DNA from: Candidatus Heimdallarchaeota archaeon
GTDB taxonomy: Archaea; Asgardarchaeota; Heimdallarchaeia; Heimdallarchaeales; Heimdallarchaeaceae
Reading direction: 5' to 3'
DNA: 46,522 bases
Assembly: GCA_019057375.1 (NCBI GenBank)
Contig: DXJF01000022.1
Coordinates: forward strand, 1-46,522
Below the pieces are notes generated by a model. That model saw only the letters and a program-made list of their open reading frames with translations. It was not told the origin of the DNA and searched no databases. The position numbers were made by a program, and so were the translations under genes. Each line of letters begins with the position of its first letter. Position 1 is the stretch's first letter. Below are positions 1 through 8,913 of this stretch, piece by piece.

Positions 1-195
1 AAACAGAGGAAGCAAAGTAACTGCAATTCTTAGTAACCAATCTGTTATATCATCGCTGGCAGGACTATCCCAAATTACAAAAACAACAAAACTTGCTATC
101 ATTATCAAGCTAAAGAGAAGGTTGAGAGTAAAATCCTTCCACCCAAATCTAGTTGCTTGTTTAGCAATAATGATCTCTTCTTCTTCTATTTTCAT
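1..195 (-). CDS. Partial membrane protein (runs off window start)
   Basis: ATG at 195-193, open to base 1: MKIEEEEIIIAKQATRFGWKDFTLNLLFSLIMIASFVVFVIWDSPASDDITDWLLRIAVTLLPLF. It has hydrophobic segments and lies directly downstream of the URO-D-like gene. Not in the ORF track. Confidence 0.65.
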   Translation of the reverse strand, partial: MKIEEEEIIIAKQATRFGWKDFTLNLLFSLIMIASFVVFVIWDSPASDDITDWLLRIAVTLLPLF

Positions 196-201
196 AGCCC
201 T

Positions 202-1197
202 CTATCCTTTTCTAGTTTTTTTAATTGTTTGGGAAATGATTTCGATATTTTCGTCTGGAGCAGTTATGGGAATTACACATCCTGGTGCAATAATGACTCT
301 ATTATCATTCTCTGTAGATTTTTTCAGCGCATCAAGGATATTATTCTTTATGTCGTCAGGTTTCCCATCAACTAAAGCTCTCGTTTCATCAATACCAGCA
401 AGCAATCCTTTTGGAAATATTTCTGCTGCTTCGCCTATTTCGGGCCATGTCAATCTATCATGCCAATTTAAGGCATCGACTTCCATCAATTCAGCAGCTT
501 CTCTGAAACGTATCTCCTGTCCATGGACGTGCATCACAATGAATTCAACCTTTCTCCTTATTTTTGATAATAATTTTTTCATAAACGGTATTTCAAATTT
601 CAGCACTTCTTCCCATGATAATTCGGTTTTTCTAAAGTGCTGAGAAGCTAGGAAAATCCCTTCTGCACCTGCATCAATTGATGCTTTCGCAAATTCAATA
701 ATATCCTCGGTTATTGTAAACAGAGATTCCCTTATCGTGTCTGGTTTCTTATTTATGTTTGAAACTAAATCACAATCCATTTTTGAAGCAACCATTAAGG
801 GTGAAAACAAAGTCATCATTTTTGGTAAACTCTCTAAATCCTTACTAATTAGCTCTACAGTTTTTAATTGCTTACCCAGTTCCCCTTCTCCAACAGCAAT
901 AGATTCTAATGATTCCCAGTCATCAATTGTATCAATACAACAGTTCTCACAACTTGTACTTCCTGTAATGGGGTCGTAATCCTTTGCTACAACACATCCA
1001 TAATCAACAACTGGAAACCTACCATGAGGAGATATTTTCATTAAGTCAAATTTGTGTTTATTATAGAACTCTACATGAGCTTTAGCAAGTTGGTAAGGAT
1101 CTCTATCACTATTCGGAAAATGTTTCCATAGACTGAAAAGAGGATATTCTTCATTTAGTCCTTTGAAAGTTTGCAAAAGGATTTCCAGCTTATCCAT
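202..1197 (-). CDS. Uroporphyrinogen decarboxylase family (URO-D/MtaA-like) TIM-barrel protein
   Basis: 331 aa. N-terminal W-x-HF, 'AGAEGIFLASQ', 'MHVHG', 'LNWHD', 'LLAGID' and C-terminal 'IIAPGCVIP' are typical of the URO-D superfamily. Confidence 0.8.
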   Translation of the reverse strand: MDKLEILLQTFKGLNEEYPLFSLWKHFPNSDRDPYQLAKAHVEFYNKHKFDLMKISPHGRFPVVDYGCVVAKDYDPITGSTSCENCCIDTIDDWESLESIAVGEGELGKQLKTVELISKDLESLPKMMTLFSPLMVASKMDCDLVSNINKKPDTIRESLFTITEDIIEFAKASIDAGAEGIFLASQHFRKTELSWEEVLKFEIPFMKKLLSKIRRKVEFIVMHVHGQEIRFREAAELMEVDALNWHDRLTWPEIGEAAEIFPKGLLAGIDETRALVDGKPDDIKNNILDALKKSTENDNRVIIAPGCVIPITAPDENIEIISQTIKKTRKG

Positions 1198-1348
1198 AAG
1201 AAAACTTGATGGAGAATATTATCAAAGTTGTGGTCAATGAAAAGAATCTTCGGGGAATGTTTCGTATTCTCTCTTTGATATTAAAAACTATAAAAACAAT
1301 TCAATCGAATAACTTAAAAGTCAGCACATAAACGCAAAAACGAGAGAA

Positions 1349-1651
1349 ATGTCTTCACGAGAAAGAAAAGTAATCAGAAAGAAGAAAAAATTTGGTCTCG
1401 TAGTGGAATTCATTCCCACAATACGTGATCTTACTCCTGATGATGAGACAAAGAAGAAAATAGATGCTGAGATTCGAAGAGCTAAGGGGATTACTCCTGC
1501 TTATTTGTCTGATAAATTCAATATTAGAGTAAGCACAGCAAAGAAATTCTTGCGTGAAGCTGAAGAAAACAAAATTATTGAACTTGTAGTTGCTTCAAGA
1601 AGAACTAAAGTTTATTCAGCAACCTCTGCTAAGGCTTCAGAAAGTAGCTAA
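1349..1651 (+). CDS. rps25e: 30S ribosomal protein S25e
   Basis: 100 aa, basic. 'ITPAYLSDKFNIRVSTAKKFLREAEENKIIELV...RRTKVYS' matches the eS25 winged-helix pattern. Confidence 0.85.
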   Translation: MSSRERKVIRKKKKFGLVVEFIPTIRDLTPDDETKKKIDAEIRRAKGITPAYLSDKFNIRVSTAKKFLREAEENKIIELVVASRRTKVYSATSAKASESS

Positions 1652-1716
1652 ATCCTCCCTTAATTTTGATTCTATTTTAACATCTTATTGCTGTATTCAT
1701 TGTTTTTTAGAACTGT

Positions 1717-2673
1717 TTACGAATAGAAATCTGAAGAAAATGGTGCATCAGTTAATCCACTTTCTGTGACATAGAATAATGCTTCTCTTTCGGGCATTCT
1801 AGAACTGTCAAATAGTCTTGCTATTCTTGAACTCCCTCTAGATTTTCTCAAAAATATTCTCTGTTGTGGTCTATGAGCCCATGCAAAACCCAGAGCTGGT
1901 TCTTCAGGACTACCAAAAAGAAACTCTTCAACATTCGCCATAATTTGATTAGTTACTACAACCGCAAGATCATATTTTACTGCTAATGCAATTAGCTTTT
2001 CTGCAATTTGCATGATTCTTTGTTGCCTCTCAACTAATCTCTCTTTACCTATATATTCAGATCTGAAATGGGAAGCAAAGGAATCAACTATAAGCAGTTT
2101 AATGTTCTTTTCTTGAATTATCTCATCAAGAGTATCAACTATACTAAAGAGATGATGTGTATTAAGTGCAGAATTAATATAGATATTTTCAAGAATTTCC
2201 TCTACTTCCAATCCTCGATAAGTCGCCATCTCGACAATTCTTTTCGGAGAAAAGGTTCTCTCAGTATCTATAAAGAATGCATTTCCTTCTAATCCTCCTT
2301 CATCAAAAGGAAGTTGAATATTGATACATAGCTGGAAACATAGTTGAGTTTTACCTGAACCAAATCCACCAGCTACTTCAGTCAGTTCTTGTGTCCAGAT
2401 CCCTCCACCTAATATCCCATCAAATTCTGAAGATGATGTGGTGATTTTACCCCTTCTACCTTCTGCCTCTAGAAATTGTAAAGCTGTAACTGGTTGGATT
2501 CCTAGTTCGTTTTGTGCAGCTTCTATTACTTTTATCGCATCTTTCTTATTAATTTCAACCTTTCTAATCAGCTCGTCAGAAGTTGAAACTGCAATATTTT
2601 CCAAAGTGAGTTTTGACTCTTGTAACTTCTGGAGAATTTGTTTATCTATCCCTTTGAGTTCCATTTTATACAA
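1717..2673 (-). CDS. radA: RadA/Rad51-family recombinase (RadA or close paralog)
   Basis: Walker A GGFGSGKT, 'FIDTERTF', Walker B LLIVDS, 'HFRSEYIG', 'VVVTNQ', plus an N-terminal HhH-like domain. Confidence 0.85.
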   Translation of the reverse strand: MYKMELKGIDKQILQKLQESKLTLENIAVSTSDELIRKVEINKKDAIKVIEAAQNELGIQPVTALQFLEAEGRRGKITTSSSEFDGILGGGIWTQELTEVAGGFGSGKTQLCFQLCINIQLPFDEGGLEGNAFFIDTERTFSPKRIVEMATYRGLEVEEILENIYINSALNTHHLFSIVDTLDEIIQEKNIKLLIVDSFASHFRSEYIGKERLVERQQRIMQIAEKLIALAVKYDLAVVVTNQIMANVEEFLFGSPEEPALGFAWAHRPQQRIFLRKSRGSSRIARLFDSSRMPEREALFYVTESGLTDAPFSSDFYS

Positions 2674-2837
2674 AGATACTATTTTGTTAAACTAGTTAAG
2701 AATTTTGGTTAGAAGAGTGTTTTTAAAATGTTTGAAAAACCTAAAATTTTTTAAATTCAACACATGAGTTTATAGTGATTGATTTTGAGGATAAACCTCT
2801 AAACAGAGACTTTAAATTAATCACAATTAAACCACAA

Positions 2838-4028
2838 ATGTTGATAAAAATGAAAGAAGTAGTTCCTGATGTGTATTATGTTGGTGTAAATGATCATTTA
2901 ACAAAGTTATTTGAAGGGCTTTGGCCTATTCCTGAAGGAGTAAGTTACAACAGTTACATAGTTAAAGGGGAAAAAACAGCTCTAATTGAAACAGTAAAAA
3001 TACCCTTTATTGATGAATTTCTAAAAAAGGTGGAGGAAGTTACCTCTTTTGATATAGATTATATTATTCTAAATCACATTGAACCCGATCATAGCAGCTC
3101 TTTACCTCGTCTTCTAGAAAAGATCCCAAATGCAACAATTTATTGTTCTAAAAAGGCTGAAGGAATGCTTGATAGTCTTTACGGAATAACTGAAAATATT
3201 CATGTTGTTGAAGAAGGTGAAAAACTGGATTTGGGGGGTAGAGAACTGGTTTTCTATATGGATCCTTTGGTTCATTGGCCTGAAACAATGATTACTTATG
3301 ATATTAAAGATAAAATTCTGTTCTCATGTGATGCATTTGGATCATACAAAGCTCTGGATTTTGGTTTATTTGATGATGAGTGTGATCCCGACATTTACTA
3401 TGAAGAAACTATTCGCTATTTCAGTAACATTGTAGCAAAATATGTTAAATATGTCAAGAAGGCAATGGAGAAGTTAGCTGGATTAGATATCAAAATTATT
3501 GCTCCTGCTCATGGACTTATATGGCGAAAAAATCCTCAAAGAATCATTGATTTGTACATACATCTTTCTGATAGGATGGCAATACCAGGTGTTGCAGTTA
3601 TATGGGGGTCAATGTATGGAAACACAGCGAAAGTTGTAAATCATGTGGTTGAAGGAATAAAAGAAGTTGGCCTTCCCGTTAAAGTCTTGAATTTCTCTAC
3701 TGACCATCTCAGTTATTTGATAAAAGAGACTTGGAAGTACAAAGGAGTTATTTTAGGATTTCCAACATATGATGGTGGTCCATTCCTAAATGCTTCATAT
3801 TATCTGCACCTTATTAAGCGAAAAGATCTAAAAGAAAGAATTGTTGGTTTCTTTGGTTCTTCTATGTGGAGTGGTAGAGCTTTAAAACAAGCCGCTGATC
3901 AAGTTCAAGAATTAGATTGGGAAATTGTTGATCCTCTGCTAGAGTTTAAAGGTTCTCCTACAGATGAAGTTTTAGAACAAGCTAAACAACTAGGCAAAGC
4001 AGTTGCTGAAAGAGTAAAATCTTCATAA
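2838..4028 (+). CDS. fprA: Flavodiiron protein (FprA, A-type flavoprotein)
   Basis: Metallo-beta-lactamase ligands HIEPDH, HWPE, CDAFG and APAHG, followed by a flavodoxin domain (SMYGNT). The likely start is ATG 2838 or 2850 rather than GTG 2775. Confidence 0.92.
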   Translation: MLIKMKEVVPDVYYVGVNDHLTKLFEGLWPIPEGVSYNSYIVKGEKTALIETVKIPFIDEFLKKVEEVTSFDIDYIILNHIEPDHSSSLPRLLEKIPNATIYCSKKAEGMLDSLYGITENIHVVEEGEKLDLGGRELVFYMDPLVHWPETMITYDIKDKILFSCDAFGSYKALDFGLFDDECDPDIYYEETIRYFSNIVAKYVKYVKKAMEKLAGLDIKIIAPAHGLIWRKNPQRIIDLYIHLSDRMAIPGVAVIWGSMYGNTAKVVNHVVEGIKEVGLPVKVLNFSTDHLSYLIKETWKYKGVILGFPTYDGGPFLNASYYLHLIKRKDLKERIVGFFGSSMWSGRALKQAADQVQELDWEIVDPLLEFKGSPTDEVLEQAKQLGKAVAERVKSS

Positions 4029-4037
4029 TTTGCTCTA

Positions 4038-4055
4038 TTTTTTATTTTTTTTTTT
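4038..4055 (+). terminator. Oligo-T tract terminator candidate after fprA
   Basis: An 18-nt, almost pure T run starts 10 nt after the stop codon. Archaeal terminators are typically T-tracts. Confidence 0.5.
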
Positions 4056-4164
4056 GCATTACAACCTAATAGTAGTATTTCACTTAAAAATGCATCTTCT
4101 GACTAAATTAGACGTTCATGAAAAACATTTTTAAAGAATTCAAAATAAATAAAGATGGGGGAAA

Positions 4165-4377
4165 ATGTCGTATACTCCAACCAAAATAAAGAAAGAAGGT
4201 TTGCCTCTTACAACTGAAATAGTCGATATCATAGTCGATGGTATGACTGACCATAATAAAGATGTAAGAGAAGCAGCTTATTCTACTTGGGTAGCAATAG
4301 TAGAACTTGAATCAGACAAAGTTACTGAGGATATGCTACATAAAATAACAAGTGCATTGAAGACTTATAGAGTCTAA
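4165..4377 (+). CDS. Small HEAT-repeat-like protein
   Basis: 70 aa. 'IIVDGMTDHNKDVREAAYSTWVAI' matches the HEAT consensus (L..D....VR.AA). Confidence 0.6.
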   Translation: MSYTPTKIKKEGLPLTTEIVDIIVDGMTDHNKDVREAAYSTWVAIVELESDKVTEDMLHKITSALKTYRV

Positions 4378-4427
4378 ATATTCTGTTTTAATTTTTAATT
4401 AAAGTAAAAAAAGAGTAGGAGGTAGGA

Positions 4428-6053
4428 TTAATAATCCTCGTCCATTCCACCACCAGGACCACCTGGAGGTGCTGGACCACCTGATAATTCTTTAGCAGCG
4501 ATGACATCGTCTATACGGAGAATCATTTCCGCAGCTTCAGCAGCACTACTGATTGCTTGTTTCTTAACTGAAATTGGTTCAAAGACATTAAGCTTGGTCA
4601 TGTCATCAACTTTGGATTTGAAAGGATTCACACCATATCCATGTCCATCTTTAGCATGTTGAACGTGTAGTTCAGAAAGAACATCTATTGGATCCAATCC
4701 AGCATTTTCTGCTAATGTTCTTGGAATAATTTCCATTGCTTTGGCAAACTTTTCGATTGCTAATTGAACTTTGCTGGTTTGACCCATTGCGAAATCACCA
4801 AGTTTTTTGCTAATCCTTATTTCAGGAGCTCCACCACCTGGAACAACTTGTTTGTCATGAATAACCTGACGAACAACACATAAAGCATCATGAATTGCTC
4901 TATCAGCTTCATCTACAATCATTTCTGTTCCCCCTCTAATGATGATAGAAACAGCTTTAGGATTCTCACAACCAGTTATGAAAATCATATTATCGTCTGC
5001 AATAGATTTTTCTTCAGCAACTTGAGCTTTACCAATGTAACCTTCAAGATCATCTAAACTTGTGGTGATTTGTGCACCAGTGGCTTTGGCTAGTTTTTCC
5101 ATATCACTTTTCTTGATCCTTCTAACTGCACCAATTCCTTTCTTAGCTAGATAATGTTGAATAATATCATCAATACCTTTCTGACAAAGAACCACATTAG
5201 CGCCTGAAGCAATGATTTTGTCAGCCATTTCCTTTAACATTTCATGTTCACTATCAAGAAATGCTTGGATTTGATCTGGACTAGTGATATTAATCTTGGC
5301 ATCAATTTCAGTTTTACTTAGTTCTAAACCCTTGTCTAACAACAGAATCTTTGCATCATCAATTTTCTTAGGCATGTCTGCATGTACGAATTCTTTGTCT
5401 AGAATAATACCATCAATTAATTCAGTATCAACTAAGCTTCCGCCTTTTTTCTTCTGAATTTGAATATTATCAATATCAGCTACTAATTCCCCATCTTCGT
5501 CCTCAGTAACAGATTTTACTGCTTTAACAACGATTTCTGAAAGGGGACCCTTCTCTCCGCTAACTATTTTAGAAGACATAGAAGTTTCAGCAACAGCTCT
5601 TAGGATTTTATCATCTTCAAAGGAAACATCCATTGCCATTTCTTCCAGTACCTTATCAGCTTGAAAAAGAGATAATCTATAACCTTCAATAATAGAAGTA
5701 GGATGAATATCCAAATCTAATAATTCTTCAGCTTGTTTGAGTAATTCACCAGCAATAACTACAACAGTGGTTGTACCATCGCCTGTTTCTTGATCTTGGG
5801 TTTTAGCTAAATCAATAACGAATTTGGCAGCTGGATGGCTTACTTCAATTTCCTTAAGGATAGTTGCGCCATCGTTGGTAACTGTGGTGTCCCCAAAGTT
5901 ATCGATGAGCATTTTATCCATGCCTTTAGGACCTAGTGCTGAACGAATAGCTTCAGAGACAGCTCTTGCTGCTGTAATGTTATTTCTCTGAGCATCTTTT
6001 CCTCTTGTCCTTTCGGTTCCTTCCTTTAATATATAAACAGGTTGGCCATACAT
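4428..6053 (-). CDS. ths: Thermosome subunit (group II chaperonin)
   Basis: 541 aa with LGPKGMDKM, TNDGATIL, GDGTTTVV, VVPGGGAPE and RIDDVI. Confidence 0.97.
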   Translation of the reverse strand: MYGQPVYILKEGTERTRGKDAQRNNITAARAVSEAIRSALGPKGMDKMLIDNFGDTTVTNDGATILKEIEVSHPAAKFVIDLAKTQDQETGDGTTTVVVIAGELLKQAEELLDLDIHPTSIIEGYRLSLFQADKVLEEMAMDVSFEDDKILRAVAETSMSSKIVSGEKGPLSEIVVKAVKSVTEDEDGELVADIDNIQIQKKKGGSLVDTELIDGIILDKEFVHADMPKKIDDAKILLLDKGLELSKTEIDAKINITSPDQIQAFLDSEHEMLKEMADKIIASGANVVLCQKGIDDIIQHYLAKKGIGAVRRIKKSDMEKLAKATGAQITTSLDDLEGYIGKAQVAEEKSIADDNMIFITGCENPKAVSIIIRGGTEMIVDEADRAIHDALCVVRQVIHDKQVVPGGGAPEIRISKKLGDFAMGQTSKVQLAIEKFAKAMEIIPRTLAENAGLDPIDVLSELHVQHAKDGHGYGVNPFKSKVDDMTKLNVFEPISVKKQAISSAAEAAEMILRIDDVIAAKELSGGPAPPGGPGGGMDEDY

Positions 6054-6263
6054 TTTATTAACCTCATTTAAGTTTAATATGTATTAAATCAAGAAATTTG
6101 TCTATTCATTGATATATAACTCTTGCTGTCTTGAAAAAATTTTTTTAAGGCTTGAAATTGCTGTTTTACTTATCTTTTGAATGCTCACAAACTATTGACA
6201 ATATTCTTTAAACTCTTTTTTACCTATCTGCAAATATTTTTAAGAGTCCAAGTGAATATATTA

Positions 6264-7301
6264 ATGGGGTTTTCTGACGATTCACAATTATCTAATGAAT
6301 CAGAGCAGAAGTGGGAAATATTGTTGGAGTCAAATCAAGGTAATGAATGGGTAACATCCTCAAGAGATTTATCAGTCTCAATTGCAGGTCTAGATGGGGT
6401 TGGTAAAACCGCTATAGTTAACAAACTATTGCGTGATGAAATTTCAGAAACCTATTCAACTTATGGTATTAATCAAGAAATTGTTAAAATAAGTGGATTA
6501 AATTTAGGTTTAACTGACCTCGGTGGTAAGGAACCCTTTAGAAACTCCCTATGGCCAAGCTATATCTCTCGATCAGACGCTTTGATTTATGTTGTGGATG
6601 CTACAAAAGAAGAAAAGATTGATGAGTCAAAACAATGGTTTGTCCGTGCTCTTAAGTGGATTAAGAAAGAATCTCCTGTATTAGTTCTTATCAACACTTG
6701 GGATCAACCTATTAACAAAGAAGTAATTAAATCAATTACTCAAATTTTCCAAAACTCAACAGAAGAAATTACAATTGATTTTCTATCTATTTCACCTATA
6801 ACTGGTAAGAATCTCAACAAAACAGTAGACTGGTTAGCAAATACCATTATTTCTAATTTGATAAGTGCAGGAATAACAGTTGACTATTTCGTCGCTTACA
6901 TTAAAACAGAGCAAGGTATGGTGGAAGCTCGTATTAGGACAGTTGCCGATAAAATTCTAGATAAAGGGTTATTTCCAGTAATTAGGTACAAGTTTGCTTC
7001 AGAAGATGAATCTGTTCTCGAATATATGCGGGTTGGAGGACGACAAGTTATCGCAGCTGCAGATAGTCAAACTTCTTGTTGGTTAGTAACTACTAAAAGT
7101 GAAGAATTTAAAGGAACTAATCTGCTGATGAAACTTCTAACTGAATTTATAAAAGAAATTCATGGTTTACGTGTTCAAAAAGGAACTAATTTGTCTGAAT
7201 CAGATTTAACTAGCTATCTTGTAAAATATATGATTGATAACCAAACATTCTGGTCTGAAACCCAACAACCTATGTTTGAAATCGCGTCTATTGATGAATA
7301 A
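6264..7301 (+). CDS. Arf-like small GTPase fused to a C-terminal putative longin-like domain
   Basis: G1 GLDGVGKT, G2 TYG, G3 DLGG, 'LWPSY', 'LIYVVDA'. An extra ~140-aa C-terminal alpha/beta domain follows. Likely start is ATG 6264. Confidence 0.8.
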   Translation: MGFSDDSQLSNESEQKWEILLESNQGNEWVTSSRDLSVSIAGLDGVGKTAIVNKLLRDEISETYSTYGINQEIVKISGLNLGLTDLGGKEPFRNSLWPSYISRSDALIYVVDATKEEKIDESKQWFVRALKWIKKESPVLVLINTWDQPINKEVIKSITQIFQNSTEEITIDFLSISPITGKNLNKTVDWLANTIISNLISAGITVDYFVAYIKTEQGMVEARIRTVADKILDKGLFPVIRYKFASEDESVLEYMRVGGRQVIAAADSQTSCWLVTTKSEEFKGTNLLMKLLTEFIKEIHGLRVQKGTNLSESDLTSYLVKYMIDNQTFWSETQQPMFEIASIDE

Positions 7302-7364
7302 ACCAAAAATTCTCTTAAACAATATTGTTAAATATTTTTTATTTTAACTATATCTGATTATATC

Positions 7365-8861
7365 ATGGATTCCGAACTCAAAGAGATACTTAAAGGCATT
7401 AAGGGAAACAGAGATTTCTATCCAGAGGATTATGCTGAATATAAGGTGATATTCGATGCTATGCATAATATATCTAAGCAATTTGGATATGAGTTATATG
7501 AAGGACCCATTTTAGAATATGCTAAACTAATCGAATACAAATCGGGTCAAAATCTTGCCACAGAAACATATAGATTACTAGACAGAGAAAAACGTAAACT
7601 AGTTCTTCGTCCTGAGATGACCCCTTCTTTAGCCCGATTAATAGCTAATCAACATCAAAGATACCCTAAACCAATTCGATGGTACTGTCTTCCTAGGGTT
7701 TTTAGAGATGAGACTCCCCAGAGAGGAAGAGTGAAGGAACATTTTCAACTTAATGCTGATATTATAGGAGTAAATCATCCCGCAGCAGATGCAGAAATAA
7801 TTGCTTTAACAACAAATATTATCAAGACTGCTGGATTAAAAGATGAAGAGTTTGTTTGTGTAATAAATAGTAGAGAGCTTCTTCAAAGTTATTTGGAATT
7901 TCTTGATGTTAAAGATAAAGAAGAAGTTATCAGAATTATCGATGCTAAAGGAAAATATGTTCAGAGCGCAATTGAAACTGATTTGATAAAAAAAGGTTTC
8001 AAATCTTCTGAGTCTAAAGTTCTTGCACAGCAATTTCGAACAATCTGGCAACAAGATCCAAGAAAGGAGAAGAACTATCCTGATATAGAGAGCAAATCTG
8101 ACTTGGCACAATATCTTGATGAATTAATGATAATTGAAGAAAAAGAAGTTAAAGCAGCTTTAGAGAGTATAGGCCTTAGTGCAGAACAGACCTCCAAGGT
8201 ATATGATTTTACTTTAATCAAAGGAATTCCTCAAGATGTCATCGTAGCTTTGAAATCTCTTGAAGTAGGTGATAGGGTTAAACTTGCTATAGAGAATATG
8301 GAAGAGTTACTGACCTATCTAGAATCTTTTGATGTTCTTGGAAACTGTGAATTTGATATGTCAATAGCTCGGGGTTTGGACTATTACACTGGAGTTGTTT
8401 ATGAATTCTTAGACCGAACAGGTTCAGTTGCTAGAGCAATCGCTGGAGGAGGAAGGTATGATCAACTTGTTGAAAGTTTTGGTGGTGGAAAAATCCCAGC
8501 TACAGGAATAGGAATGGGTGAAACAGTGCTTCATTCTATTTTGAAGAAATTAAACAGGTTTCCCTCTTACAAACATCCCGCAGAGATTTACGTTGCCGCT
8601 ATTTCAGAAGATGTAGTGAAAGCAGCTGCAAAAATTGCTCAGGATTTACGGAAAGATTTTTCGGTAGTCTTCAATCCATTTGGGTGGAAGCTTTCAAGAC
8701 AATTAGAGGATGCTGGAAGCAGAAATGTACCTTATATGATCATTGTAGGAAAGCGAGATTTAAATGAAGATAAAGTCACTCTTAGAGATATGAAATCTGG
8801 AGAACAAATTACTGTTTTAATTTCAAAATTAAAAGAGGAATTAGAAGTTAAAGTAAGTTAA
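7365..8861 (+). CDS. hisS: Histidyl-tRNA synthetase
   Basis: GNRDFYP, LRPEMT, FRDETPQRGR..EHFQ, RGLDYYTG, GGGRYD and a C-terminal anticodon-binding domain. Confidence 0.96.
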   Translation: MDSELKEILKGIKGNRDFYPEDYAEYKVIFDAMHNISKQFGYELYEGPILEYAKLIEYKSGQNLATETYRLLDREKRKLVLRPEMTPSLARLIANQHQRYPKPIRWYCLPRVFRDETPQRGRVKEHFQLNADIIGVNHPAADAEIIALTTNIIKTAGLKDEEFVCVINSRELLQSYLEFLDVKDKEEVIRIIDAKGKYVQSAIETDLIKKGFKSSESKVLAQQFRTIWQQDPRKEKNYPDIESKSDLAQYLDELMIIEEKEVKAALESIGLSAEQTSKVYDFTLIKGIPQDVIVALKSLEVGDRVKLAIENMEELLTYLESFDVLGNCEFDMSIARGLDYYTGVVYEFLDRTGSVARAIAGGGRYDQLVESFGGGKIPATGIGMGETVLHSILKKLNRFPSYKHPAEIYVAAISEDVVKAAAKIAQDLRKDFSVVFNPFGWKLSRQLEDAGSRNVPYMIIVGKRDLNEDKVTLRDMKSGEQITVLISKLKEELEVKVS

Positions 8862-8913
8862 TTTCGCACTTCATAATTTTTAAGCCTTCAAACAAAACAG
8901 ATTTATTTATTTT

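Noticed and set aside
122-979. Plus-strand ORFs 122-643, 157-375 and 737-979, and similar short antisense or overlapping ORFs in the track (e.g. 2068-2695, 7836-8111, 11997-12790, 15407-15616, 16482-18218, 27107-27289, 38193-38429, 43754-44065)
   Set aside because: They are shadows of longer, motif-supported genes and have no recognisable domains.
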